DNA of 64,000 nt from a virus. Shown piece after piece: positions 27,824 through 38,456 of the stretch. Position numbers and translations under genes: made by a program. Under the pieces are notes generated by a model, which did no database searches, was not told the origin of the DNA, and worked only from the letters and a program-made list of their open reading frames with translations. Position 1 is the first letter of the stretch; each line of letters opens with the position of its first letter. The DNA lies in the IMG/VR virus record IMGVR_UViG_3300023242_000004, positions 1 to 64,000 of that record; one strand, 5' to 3'.

Positions 27824-29206
27824 TTAAATAACAAATAATCTATTCTTAGCTCTAGTTATAGCTGTATATAACAATTTATTTCGTTCAATTTGGTTTAAAA
27901 CCCTATTTATATCTACATTAATAACTATAACATTATCAAACGTACTACCTTGTGATTTATGAACGGTTAAAGCGTAGTTATATTTAACATCAGCATATCT
28001 TTCTAAAAATTTATAGTATTTTGTCCAAGCGCTTCTTCTATCCATAACTTTGGCGTTTTCAGCGGCTTTTTTTAAAACATTAACTTGTTTAGAAAAAGCG
28101 GTTTCAGATTTTTCGGCCAATAATTTAATCTTGAGGATATTCCCATCACAATTAATAGTCACTTCATAATATGAAAAATCATAACTTCTAGTTTCTTTTT
28201 TCATAACAAAAGATATGACCTCAAATTCATCGTTATTATTTAATATTACTTGGTTTTTACTGTTGGTGATAGGTTTATTACAAACCATTTTTTCCCCAAC
28301 ACATAATTTACCGCAATTTTCACCATAAATTAATGTTCTGATTTTAGAATTATAATAATTAACAGCACTATTTGTCCAAGCTAATACTTTAACAAAATTA
28401 GCGTTTTCTCTAAAATGTTCAGAATTAAAATACATATCTAATAATGGTTCTTCAGTGTTTATTTTCAAATAAGCAACCCCATTGTTGTTTTCATCCATTA
28501 TAGTTTCTTTTTCAAACTTTTCATTTTGTCTAATAGTTTCAGCCAACTTAATTATTGGGTTTCCATTAGATTGACGAATAATTTCAGTTAGATTGTAATT
28601 GTTATCCAACAAACTACTGAACAAAATTGATTCACCACCATTAACTGGCGGTATTTGAGCTCTATCTCCAATAAACAAAACCATTATTTTATTTATTTCC
28701 GCTTGAGATTTTAAAACCCAGTAAAGTTCATTATCTAACATAGAAACTTCATCAACTAAAACAACACTATATTCATCCAAGTTGCCGCCATTAAATAATT
28801 GCTTGTATTCTTCCTTACCCTCATGTGTTATATTACGTTTAAGACCTAATAATGAATGTAACGTAATAAAATCAACCCTAGCATTATCATCACTAATCAT
28901 CGATAGATTTTTTAACACTCTAACCGCTTTATTTGTAGGTGCAGTTATTGCTATCCTAATCGATTTTTTCGTAAATAACAGTTCTTCAATTATTTTAGAC
29001 ACCAAAAAAGATTTACCAGTACCAGAATAACCCGTCAATAAAGATTGGGAAAACACATTAGTCGAAATTTTAGTTATCTCTTGAAATATTTCTAATTGTT
29101 CTTTAGTTAACGTTTCAATATTAGGTTTTTGTATAATTGTAGTTTTTTTAACCGTCAATCTGTCAACGATTTTTGGTAATTTCAAAAAATTTTCATCTAA
29201 TATCAT
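27824..29206 (-). CDS. Dda/RecD-like SF1 helicase
   Basis: GYSGTGKS, APTNKA, LVDEVSM, GDRAQIPPV, YALTVHKSQGST, YTAITRA. Confidence 0.92.
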   Translation of the reverse strand: MILDENFLKLPKIVDRLTVKKTTIIQKPNIETLTKEQLEIFQEITKISTNVFSQSLLTGYSGTGKSFLVSKIIEELLFTKKSIRIAITAPTNKAVRVLKNLSMISDDNARVDFITLHSLLGLKRNITHEGKEEYKQLFNGGNLDEYSVVLVDEVSMLDNELYWVLKSQAEINKIMVLFIGDRAQIPPVNGGESILFSSLLDNNYNLTEIIRQSNGNPIIKLAETIRQNEKFEKETIMDENNNGVAYLKINTEEPLLDMYFNSEHFRENANFVKVLAWTNSAVNYYNSKIRTLIYGENCGKLCVGEKMVCNKPITNSKNQVILNNNDEFEVISFVMKKETRSYDFSYYEVTINCDGNILKIKLLAEKSETAFSKQVNVLKKAAENAKVMDRRSAWTKYYKFLERYADVKYNYALTVHKSQGSTFDNVIVINVDINRVLNQIERNKLLYTAITRAKNRLFVI

Positions 29207-29207
29207 A

Positions 29208-30995
29208 TTATAAGTTTTTCATTAAATTATAGTGATGCATTTCAATAAGTTTTTTTGCTTCATGTTTAAGATACATAATTTGAATTTTTTCAAAACTTTT
29301 TTTCTCTTTATCCCAATACCCAATACATATTTGTCTACATTTACGCCCAGGAAACTCTAATTCATACATATATGTGTAAACACTTAACTGAAGAGTATAA
29401 ATCGACCATTGACACGATTGTAAATGGTCAAAAGGTTTAAATAATGTTTCATAACCATATTGGTTGAAGAAGTTAAACTCTCTGTTTGTGTTATGTGTTA
29501 CTGAAAATGTATCACCATACAAAAATGTTTTAGTTTCACTTTCAACCTCAATACACCTAGTTGGTACTGACTCAACTAAATTAACTGATACTATGTTTTT
29601 AAAACTTCCATTATCAGTTAATCCATATTCTACACCTATTTGGTTTCGACACAAAAATGGGTTAAATGATTTAGTACTAAATAAAACATCAATAACGTCA
29701 ATAATTTTACCATTTGCTTTTTTCTTATAATAAATGACTGTTGGTTTTACACCTAGACTACTAATCAATTGTGTGAATGCTTTAGATTGCCATTCTCTTG
29801 TGGTAGACATCACAAACCTTTTACGAGTTTTATTATAGTATCCATCACTATCCATGAAACCACGTAAAATAAGTAATCGTTGTTCATACGAGCCATGTAA
29901 ATATATTTCTGGTAAATGTTTATTATTTAACAACCCCAATTCACGTAATTTAGTTTGTAAACCAAAAATTGTCCTAGTACTAGCTTTCCCACAACCACCT
30001 TGACTAACATCCTCACCAACTTCATGACCTCTACGTCTTATCTCAGACCATATCTCTTCATTCATATTATTTATCTTCCCATCAGCTGAATGACCATCAC
30101 CAAGCCAAACACCAAAAAGATACGGGTCAATTGGTAAATTAACAATATCATTATTTAGTGGTTTAGCTATTTTAATTTTAGGAATTTTATGTGACCATCT
30201 TTTACCACTATCATTTAATTCTTTTACATAATGATATAATTCTTCGGTTGTCATTACCTTATCTTTAAAAACCTTATCCCTATAAAAAGAAACTAACCAT
30301 CTATGTTCAAAATCTGAAACTATTTTCTCATTGTTATCAAAATTTATTTCATAACAAGTCTTATTTTTAACTTCTGATGTGTGTAGTATTTTACTTAATT
30401 TACCATTAATATCATAAACATTATCCGCTTTTGATAACGTACCCATAGTTTTCCAACCATTACTTGTGAATATTGGTGTGTCAATAGGTAGACCTTTCCA
30501 ATCCCACACATCAAAGTATTTATCATTAATATCTATGATAAGGTCAGACATACCAGCTAACTCGTATTGTTCAGAAAATAATATACGCTCTGGCCACATT
30601 GCTATACCCTCATCAATTTTTAACCCATTAAAACCATCTATAACACATTGTTCAAACTCACCTTCTTCATCATCTGTTGGAAAATACCATTTATTGGCTA
30701 ATAAATAACGCTCAACAATATCATGAACCTTATTGCCATATACATTAGCTTCATCATTAAGCATTTGCCAAAAATCAAGTATTTGTTGTTGAGTTAAACC
30801 GAGATAACGTTCTTGTTTAACGTTATCTAATTGGTTTACGATAGCCGCTGACACCCCCTCTGAATCAAAGTGCGGTTCAATCGATGAAAGGGTTGTCGTA
30901 ACCGACTTATAAGTCTTACCAGTTACCCTGTGATGGTATTTATGTTCTATTGGCTCTAGAAATACTGGCCCTTCCCATAATTTAGCTTTACTCAT
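29208..30995 (-). CDS. PD-(D/E)XK family exonuclease with intein
   Basis: SVTT, G..VH, PE, AGMSDL, VWDWK|T, YTLQLSVY. Confidence 0.85.
   Translation of the reverse strand: MSKAKLWEGPVFLEPIEHKYHHRVTGKTYKSVTTTLSSIEPHFDSEGVSAAIVNQLDNVKQERYLGLTQQQILDFWQMLNDEANVYGNKVHDIVERYLLANKWYFPTDDEEGEFEQCVIDGFNGLKIDEGIAMWPERILFSEQYELAGMSDLIIDINDKYFDVWDWKGLPIDTPIFTSNGWKTMGTLSKADNVYDINGKLSKILHTSEVKNKTCYEINFDNNEKIVSDFEHRWLVSFYRDKVFKDKVMTTEELYHYVKELNDSGKRWSHKIPKIKIAKPLNNDIVNLPIDPYLFGVWLGDGHSADGKINNMNEEIWSEIRRRGHEVGEDVSQGGCGKASTRTIFGLQTKLRELGLLNNKHLPEIYLHGSYEQRLLILRGFMDSDGYYNKTRKRFVMSTTREWQSKAFTQLISSLGVKPTVIYYKKKANGKIIDVIDVLFSTKSFNPFLCRNQIGVEYGLTDNGSFKNIVSVNLVESVPTRCIEVESETKTFLYGDTFSVTHNTNREFNFFNQYGYETLFKPFDHLQSCQWSIYTLQLSVYTYMYELEFPGRKCRQICIGYWDKEKKSFEKIQIMYLKHEAKKLIEMHHYNLMKNL
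29490..30494 (-). mobile_element. class 3 intein (335 aa) with LAGLIDADG endonuclease
   Basis: Starts GLPIDT; WCT triplet (HRW, TRCIEV, VTHN); PYLFGVWLGDG and LRGFMDSDG; +1 Thr. Confidence 0.9.
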
Positions 30996-31062
30996 ATTTA
31001 CTTTTATTACAAAGATACGAAATTTTATTCTACATTGCAAGTATTTATATTAAAAGAATACC

Positions 31063-31449
31063 ATGAAAGATTTTATTAAAGAACAATTTAGAAAAGCAAT
31101 ATTGGAATCTGAAAACGAAAAAATTGATACTTCTAAGATAAAAATAAAAAGACAAATAGTGAATAATTTGTTAGTTTTTATACCTTTTTATGAAAACGAA
31201 AGAATGGGTGGTTTTAGACTTAAACCCTTTGAAGATGGTTATAAAATATTTGGAGTGGTACTCTATGATAAATTTAGAAATAAAGGTTTGGGTAAAGGGA
31301 TATATAAATATATTATTAGAACACTCTCCAAAGAACATAAAAAATTATATTCTGACAATTATTTATCACCAGACGCAAAAAATGTATGGGGTAGTTTAGT
31401 GTCTAATGGTTTTGCAACTAGTACGGACAATGGTTTCGTATCCATTTAA
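31063..31449 (+). CDS. GNAT-fold protein with MKDFI..ILE leader
   Basis: KFRNKGLGKGIY acetyl-CoA motif, SD..LSPDAKNVW; TATTTATA at 31042. Confidence 0.65.
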   Translation: MKDFIKEQFRKAILESENEKIDTSKIKIKRQIVNNLLVFIPFYENERMGGFRLKPFEDGYKIFGVVLYDKFRNKGLGKGIYKYIIRTLSKEHKKLYSDNYLSPDAKNVWGSLVSNGFATSTDNGFVSI

Positions 31450-32402
31450 TATACATCTTTATCCTCTGGTTTAAAAGCACCCATAAGGAGTTTAGTTATA
31501 CCCTTATTACCTAAATTTTCGTAAATCTTAGATGGGTCATAACCTTCTGGTGTGCTAACTAATTTTATTCTACCTCTTAAGTTACCAAAATTTAATTGTT
31601 GATACAAAATTTTAGCGTCTTCCCACGCATCACCATCTAAAACAATCACAACAAAACCAGATGATTTATCATGTAATAACTCTAAAAGTTTGTTTGAGAT
31701 AAATTTACCTAGTAATGGGATAGAATTTGGTGTTACTATATTATCAGTTGCGCCCTCAACCAAATAAATAGTTGCATCTAAGTTTAATCGCCCTTCGTTA
31801 AATATAATTTCTTGTTTTTCAGCATCTGGATTTAGATACTTTAATTTTGTATATTCTTTACCAAACCATCTAGCAATAAAATAATTTAATTCGCCTTCCG
31901 AATCGTAAGACGGAATGATTACCCTATTGAAGAATTTTCCACGATAAGTATAACCAATATCGTATTCATCTATGATATCATCTGTGATACCTCTGGTTTT
32001 TAAATAATTTAACGCTAAATTTGCTTTGTAGTCTTTTTCTGTGCAGTCAGATAATCGTTTATACCCTTCTGGTAATGTTAATAATACTCGTTCACGTTCT
32101 ATATTGGTAATAAATTCAGCATCTGGTTTTACCAATAAATAATCTCGAATATTTTTAGGTGTTGCGTATTTTTTTAAAAGTTTTAAAACTGGGCCACGCA
32201 TATGGTTAACTTCATGACATGACCAACATTTAAACTTGTTCATTTGGTAGTTAATCTCTAAATTACCTTTACCATCACCATCTATTAAACCTTTTTCAGC
32301 AGAACATGCTGGACAATCAAATGCGATTTGCCCAGTGTCTTCATTATGTTTTCTAGTTTCGCCTAAAAAACTTTCTAATATGTTAACCAATAACATTGCC
32401 AT
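31446..32402 (-). CDS. DNA primase (Zn finger plus TOPRIM)
   Basis: CPAC...KCWSC, YLKTRGI, RVIIP, KYLNP, YLVEGATD, LDGD. Confidence 0.9.
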   Translation of the reverse strand: MAMLLVNILESFLGETRKHNEDTGQIAFDCPACSAEKGLIDGDGKGNLEINYQMNKFKCWSCHEVNHMRGPVLKLLKKYATPKNIRDYLLVKPDAEFITNIERERVLLTLPEGYKRLSDCTEKDYKANLALNYLKTRGITDDIIDEYDIGYTYRGKFFNRVIIPSYDSEGELNYFIARWFGKEYTKLKYLNPDAEKQEIIFNEGRLNLDATIYLVEGATDNIVTPNSIPLLGKFISNKLLELLHDKSSGFVVIVLDGDAWEDAKILYQQLNFGNLRGRIKLVSTPEGYDPSKIYENLGNKGITKLLMGAFKPEDKDVY

Positions 32403-32459
32403 TCGACAAAGGTACGAAATTAAAATTGTTTTTCCAAATAATTTTAATTTTGATTTGGT

Positions 32460-33119
32460 TTACCTAGGCCAAACACTTATTTTATTCATATAACCTATAG
32501 CACAAGCATAGGCATCACTCATGTCGAAATTTTCTTTTTTTAGTTTATTTTTTTTATCTAAAATCCATTTTATTTGCGGTTCTAAATCACATACATTTTC
32601 GAAAATCACCATTTTCTTGTCAACATCAAATGGGTAACCCCCAAACAACACAGGAGCGTTTTTAGCTATTTGTTTATCAGCTAAAGGTGTTCCATCTTTT
32701 TTTGCTTTTCTAACGACCATAAGTTCTGGAAATGCGTATTTACGTGCATCGTAAGAAGATATGAACTCTGGTACAATACCTAAAGCATCGTAAACGGATT
32801 TTGAAATCATCCCGTTAAACCTTAATAAGGTCGCAATTGTGTAAACATTGTTAGACTGAAGTAGTGGTTCTTCGATAACAACCCTAGTAATACCAAAATC
32901 ACTATAGTGTGAAAGAAACTCATTTTCAAATATTTCAATTTTCCTAAACAATTCTTCCGTTTTTGTTTCTGGTTTTGGTTTAACTTTTGGAGATACATGG
33001 TGTAAGAGTTTTAATTTACCCTTGTTACCCATATCTTCAAATAATGAAATACCAATGGTTGAAGTTGATACATCCAGACTTAAAAGAAATTCTGGTTCTT
33101 TTTCTATTTTATTTTTCAT
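32460..33119 (-). CDS. RuvC-like Holliday junction resolvase (start reassigned to ATG 33119)
   Basis: LSLDVSTSTIG, VVIEEP, DMSDAYA. Confidence 0.8.
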   Translation of the reverse strand: MKNKIEKEPEFLLSLDVSTSTIGISLFEDMGNKGKLKLLHHVSPKVKPKPETKTEELFRKIEIFENEFLSHYSDFGITRVVIEEPLLQSNNVYTIATLLRFNGMISKSVYDALGIVPEFISSYDARKYAFPELMVVRKAKKDGTPLADKQIAKNAPVLFGGYPFDVDKKMVIFENVCDLEPQIKWILDKKNKLKKENFDMSDAYACAIGYMNKISVWPR

Positions 33120-33338
33120 AATTTTTATATTTCCATTTAAAACCATATGCTGTTTTTGCAAACCCACCACAACACATTCTTATACTTTTTGCTGGTATAT
33201 TTAATACTTCGCTAGCTGTAATTGAACAACTGAATTCGTTAATTAAATTATTATCCATATCAAATTGTTGTACTAATTTTGCTTTCGGGTGTTTTTCACC
33301 AGTATTAACGCCAATAAAAATTCTGGTTCTTTAATCAT
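33109..33338 (-). pseudogene. orphan resolvase 5' end fused out of frame to a NUMOD1-type endonuclease remnant
   Basis: ATG 33338 gives MIKEPEFLLAL; a second frame gives GEKHPKAKLVQQFDMDNNLINEFSCSITASEVLNIPAKSIRMCCGGFAKTAYGFKWKYKNYEK*, similar to the C-terminus of the 59075 endonuclease. Confidence 0.8.
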
Positions 33339-33383
33339 AACGCTTTTTACATTAATTTAACACACAAACAAAAAAAATAAACC

Positions 33384-34588
33384 TTAAAGAGTTATTTTTA
33401 TCCCCAAAGCCAAAAATTCGTTAACATTTTTTATTATATGACGGTCTGTTTTAGCTACAGCAATTAAATTACCTACATCATCAAATAAACCAACCTCACT
33501 AATTCTAGGTATATCTCCAATATCAAAAGTAGGGTTTGTTGTTGAACCAAACTCACCTCTGTCAGCTATACATGTTATGCTTTGATATACATTTGTTGAA
33601 ACACTATTAAACATTACTGTCGTCGCTGTTGAAGCAGATTGATTAAAATTATTTACTATTGTTTGGTCTGTAATTACCGCAAATCCTTTGTCTAAATAAA
33701 CTATCCCAACCAATGTGTCGGCTGTAACACCTAAATTAGAATTTGTTTGAAAATTGTATGTTTGTTTTTGGTTTAATGAGAAAGGTTTTTCCGTATTATA
33801 ACCTGTAGCCCAACTTTTAGATACATCACCACCGTTTGGTTTCATGATATCATCAGAAACCAAAGCAGCGACATTATTACCAAATTGGTTAGTTTGCAAT
33901 GCGTTATCTGAGATAAAATTATCTAATGTTATCAATGTATTATTACCACCTAAATAGGTAGAATAAATAGTATACGTCCCAGCAGATGTTGGTAGTTCAA
34001 GTTTAAATGTTTTACCATCAATACACTCACCGTAGTTATTGTTATTTATTGCAATTACAAGTATTTTTGTTGCACTAAAAGCACTTAAAGCAGTATTGGA
34101 GTAACCACCATTCGTGTAAGTAACTCCAGTATATTTTGTATCATCATTAGTATTTAAAGGTAAACCGAATGAATAAAATAAATTAACCAAGTTATCAGTA
34201 GCTATGTTATTTCTATTAACTAAAGATTGTGATAAATTACCAGCATCAACTGTAACCACACCATTAGGTATTATTTCGGACAAAACATTAATTGATTGAG
34301 AAGAAACAGGTTTGGTTAACATACCGCTAGAGTTTACTATAAGCATACTTTTCATACCAATAGATTGTGTTGTACTATTACTAATTGTAGCGTTAGTACC
34401 AATATCACCACCAATTCCAGGTATTTCACCCGTGCCTAGTGTTAAGTTAGTGTGGTAATTAGCATCTGAATCGCCAAAACTAAAAGTTTTGATTAATGCA
34501 TTATTGGTAGACACGATTTTTTGTCTACCAAGTGGAGTTAACTTAGCCGTTAGCGTAAGTGTTGTTGCAGTGTTATTAAATCCCATAT
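33384..34588 (-). CDS. virion structural protein (tail/baseplate)
   Basis: AKLTPLGRQ...FSFGDSD start and ISEVGLFD...LIAVAK end, paralogous to the next gene. Confidence 0.7.
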
Positions 34589-36723
34589 TAAAAGTCCATT
34601 GATAATTCAATCATTATTATATTACCACTAACTAAAGGAACTGGATTAGATAATTTACCAATACATACAAGATTTTTATCTGCATCGTAAATTCCTACCT
34701 CAGTAATTTTAATATTTGGTGGGTTTGTTAACAAATCTTTGCTTCTAGTTGGGTTAGTAGTCGTATTAAACAGGCTAGCGTCAACTCTAATATCGAAGAT
34801 TGTTTTGTATATTGTTGCACCGATGAATGTTGTTAAATTTCCATAAAAGAATCTTTCATCACCGAATTGTAATTCTTCTGGTTGTGTGTTTGCTGGTAAA
34901 TTTAACGCAGCGATAACACTAAATATATCTGCTGATATATCTTTTAATTTATCTATAATAAACCCAGTTGTTGTTGGTGTTTGACCTTCTAATAATTTAG
35001 GGTCAATTGTTTCACCAACAACACCAGTAATTGCAGTGGTTGTAAAATCAAAAGTTTTCCAAGCTCCTGGGTCTGGACGGTCAGTTTGGTCTTGAACCAT
35101 TTGATAAACTAATTTGAAGTTGTCAGCATAAAAACCATAACCATCATAACCAGTTTCTAATTTACGCATGTAAGGAAATAAATCCATTTGATTTATTCTA
35201 AAAGAAACATCTTTAGATGATTCTGTGTTATTTGTTATTTTAACATATTCTTGGCAAGCCATAGAAGTCGTTAAACCAGTAGCCCTAGTGTTTTCTAAAA
35301 TATATGTTAAGTACATTGTGTCGTTTACCGCTAATAAACCATTAGACGTACCACCAGTAGGTGCTTGTAAGGTTGCAGCTAATTCTGGGAGCGTCCAATT
35401 TCTATTTGATTTATAAGAAGTTGCAGCAACAATTTCATCATCATGAATAACACATGTTTTTAATTGTGGGTAAACCCTACCAACCACTTTAGGTATTGAT
35501 GTCGAGGCAATCGAAGTAGGATTTTCAATTAAATCAACGTATTCAATGTCGTTATTAGACATTAATTGTGTTGCACCTGTCGCAATAAACGTCATACCCA
35601 TAGATGTTCCACTACCAGTAGCACCAGAATGTCTATGATACATTAAATCTGGCATATACAAACTCAAATACTTACCAGATACTGAATCAGTGTAAAAGAA
35701 TTCACCATATAAATTAGATATAGTATTATTCGTGTAGTGAATAATAGAAATAGATTTAACCACATCGTCTGGATAACTTAAACCTGGACCGTTACAATTA
35801 AATGTTAGTGTTTGGCCAGTTGATTGACAAAGATATTCCATGTAAGGGTTTTTAGAACCTAAATATCTATACGAACCAAACTTAGTGTAGTTTTCGTATT
35901 CATTAGTAATAGACAAACCAGTAATCCCAGCAATATCTTCACACCAAACATTATTCATATTCCAAACTGGGACATCGTGACACGTAACGTTTACGTTTGA
36001 ATCAAAAGACAAAGTACCAGAATCCCAATAAGCTGTCGTTGTCCCAGTAGCGATAGTTTCATAAACCTCACCACCTCTATAAACAATAACTTGGCTTGAC
36101 GAAGTTTGAGCAGATAAATTTGGTAAGTTTCTATCTACAGTAACATACCCAATTCCAGTTGCTTTAACTTTGAACCAAAGATTCGGAAGCGCTCTAGTAT
36201 TTTCATTATTGATAATATCACCAATTGTATCGTTCGCCAATTTAATCAACACAATATCACCAACATTTATGTTGGTAGTTGTGATAGCAAAGCTAGTTCC
36301 ACCTGTAAAAACTGAATTAAATACGTTTGTAAAATATGGTGTGTAAGTTGACCCTGTAAGCGTTGTAAATGTTGAACCAGAACGTTGAAAAAACCCTCTT
36401 TCGTCAGCTTCATTGTTAACAATTGCTTTGACAACATTTAAAACTGAACCATTAACTGTTTGGAATGGGTCGCTCGCACCTTTTGGTGTGATAAATGTCT
36501 TTATATTTGGTTGTCTATCAAATGGTCTGAACACAGCACTAGTTGCTGATAATGTTGCGTCAGTAGGGTTTGCATCCACAATAGCTTCTCTATTGTAGTT
36601 AATTTCAGAATCCCCAATTGCCCAGTAATTAAAATTTAATTTACCTTGGGCCAATTGCTCACGTCCTTTTTGTGTTAACTTTATGCTAACAAACGGACTT
36701 GTGTTTTTAATTATGTAACTCAT
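34588..36723 (-). CDS. virion structural protein (tail/baseplate)
   Basis: IKLTQKGREQLA...AIGDSE start; ITEVGIYD...LVCIGKL end. Confidence 0.7.
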   Translation of the reverse strand: MSYIIKNTSPFVSIKLTQKGREQLAQGKLNFNYWAIGDSEINYNREAIVDANPTDATLSATSAVFRPFDRQPNIKTFITPKGASDPFQTVNGSVLNVVKAIVNNEADERGFFQRSGSTFTTLTGSTYTPYFTNVFNSVFTGGTSFAITTTNINVGDIVLIKLANDTIGDIINNENTRALPNLWFKVKATGIGYVTVDRNLPNLSAQTSSSQVIVYRGGEVYETIATGTTTAYWDSGTLSFDSNVNVTCHDVPVWNMNNVWCEDIAGITGLSITNEYENYTKFGSYRYLGSKNPYMEYLCQSTGQTLTFNCNGPGLSYPDDVVKSISIIHYTNNTISNLYGEFFYTDSVSGKYLSLYMPDLMYHRHSGATGSGTSMGMTFIATGATQLMSNNDIEYVDLIENPTSIASTSIPKVVGRVYPQLKTCVIHDDEIVAATSYKSNRNWTLPELAATLQAPTGGTSNGLLAVNDTMYLTYILENTRATGLTTSMACQEYVKITNNTESSKDVSFRINQMDLFPYMRKLETGYDGYGFYADNFKLVYQMVQDQTDRPDPGAWKTFDFTTTAITGVVGETIDPKLLEGQTPTTTGFIIDKLKDISADIFSVIAALNLPANTQPEELQFGDERFFYGNLTTFIGATIYKTIFDIRVDASLFNTTTNPTRSKDLLTNPPNIKITEVGIYDADKNLVCIGKLSNPVPLVSGNIIMIELSMDF

Positions 36724-36779
36724 GTTTTATAAATGTCTTTTTCTTTATTTTACTTATAAATATCCAATAGTAAATAATA

Positions 36780-38210
36780 TTAATACGAATTTATCGAATT
36801 ACTTTGAATTATTACTGGAATTATTTCACTATATGCTGTACTGTTGACGTTATCACCACAAATAGTTGTGTAATTTTTTTCATTTTTTACTCTATAGTAT
36901 AAAGTATCACCTACTGTTCCATTAGCAATGAAACCTTGACTATAATAACTAATACCAACTTGATAATCTGTAATACCACTATAATATAATGAATTAAACG
37001 TATCACCAGTCGATACCTCTAGAATAAAATAACCATTTTGAATAGTTGGTGATTCTCTTATACCCCAAGATACAATTGGTGTGTTTGTGTTTAAACCCAT
37101 AGAAGAGGTGGCTCTAGGAAAATACACTATTGTAATAATATCGTTAACTATCACTGTGCCTTGAAGAATAATTCTTTTTGGGTTAGTGATTGATTGGAAG
37201 TGGTCTATATTATTAGCTAACGTAGCTCCATTCAACATTACTATAACACTACCACCATCCTGTGGTGTTATTGAAGTATAAATTTCATATTTATCAGTAT
37301 TTGTGTTAAAATAAACCTCACTAGAGCCTTGACTATCTGTTACACCACTCACAATAGGTGTCTTTATATTTATGTTATCACTTACCATATTGTAACCACC
37401 ACTAGTTGAATAAATAACTGTAATTATGTCGTTAGAAAAAGTTTCACCGCTCAAATATACTACATTACCAGAAAAAGAATAATCTTCACCTAGAGCTAAA
37501 ACCAAACCATTTAACGTAACAACAAAATCACCAATAACACCATTTTGAACATTAAAGGTTACTTGCCCATCACTAGGTATAATTACTTGTTGCGTTAATT
37601 GACCTATTTCAGCTGAGTTGCTACTATTTTGGGTTAAAATAGGTGTTTCGGCTTGTTTCATCGCCATAAAATAATAATCAAATTTTTTGTTGTAAATACC
37701 ATATTCTGTTCCGTAAATAAATGTTGATGTGTCGACATTTTTGTTTAATTTACCCAAAAAATCAGTACATACACCAAAAGAATAATATGGTTTAATTATA
37801 TATTCACCATCAAGTGTTAAACCACTAGATGGAACATATTGTGTAGTCATATTGGTAGCACTAAATGTTGAATAATTTAGTGTTTCTGATTTATATACAG
37901 GTGTTGAACTAAACCCACTAAAAATATCTGAATATTTATAGATTTCAAATCTAAACAACGCACTAGTGTCAATAAAAGAGCTAGTGTTTGCTGTAAAATC
38001 AAATGTTAGAGGAATATTTTGTGTAGCAGCGGTAATAATATAAGAAGTACCGCTAGTTGAACCAATACAATCTATTTTAGATGCACCACTAAGTGAATAT
38101 TGTGGGCTTTGAAAAACACAAATATCTGAACTCATGTTGACATTCAGAATATCTTTGTTTCTCACAGCACCATTTTCATTTTGAACATATATTGGTTCTT
38201 GATGTCTCAT
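36780..38210 (-). CDS. virion structural protein
   Basis: Repeated V.LNG..L...DY...DIITV.Y beta modules; FN3-like end. Confidence 0.65.
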   Translation of the reverse strand: MRHQEPIYVQNENGAVRNKDILNVNMSSDICVFQSPQYSLSGASKIDCIGSTSGTSYIITAATQNIPLTFDFTANTSSFIDTSALFRFEIYKYSDIFSGFSSTPVYKSETLNYSTFSATNMTTQYVPSSGLTLDGEYIIKPYYSFGVCTDFLGKLNKNVDTSTFIYGTEYGIYNKKFDYYFMAMKQAETPILTQNSSNSAEIGQLTQQVIIPSDGQVTFNVQNGVIGDFVVTLNGLVLALGEDYSFSGNVVYLSGETFSNDIITVIYSTSGGYNMVSDNINIKTPIVSGVTDSQGSSEVYFNTNTDKYEIYTSITPQDGGSVIVMLNGATLANNIDHFQSITNPKRIILQGTVIVNDIITIVYFPRATSSMGLNTNTPIVSWGIRESPTIQNGYFILEVSTGDTFNSLYYSGITDYQVGISYYSQGFIANGTVGDTLYYRVKNEKNYTTICGDNVNSTAYSEIIPVIIQSNSINSY

Positions 38211-38452
38211 TAGTAATTTATTTCTAGCGTAATCATTGTTTTATTATAACTATTCTGTAAACCAAAAGATTGTGGAATAGTCAAAGCAGTTGTTTCTTCT
38301 GCTTTTGTTAAATTCTGTAAATATCCGACAAAACCGTTCAAGTTAATGAAATCTTCTTGTTGTATCTCACCTGTAATATTAGAAATATAACGAATATTAT
38401 CTATAACATTCGTTAACACTTCACCTTGTATGTTTTTAATTAATTTAGGCAT
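38210..38452 (-). CDS. hypothetical protein
   Basis: ORF in structural block. Confidence 0.6.
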   Translation of the reverse strand: MPKLIKNIQGEVLTNVIDNIRYISNITGEIQQEDFINLNGFVGYLQNLTKAEETTALTIPQSFGLQNSYNKTMITLEINY

Positions 38453-38456
38453 AATA

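Noticed and set aside
29208-30995. CRISPR-associated Cas4
   Set aside because: No Fe-S cysteine set evident and no cas genes or array; treated as a generic phage PD-(D/E)XK nuclease
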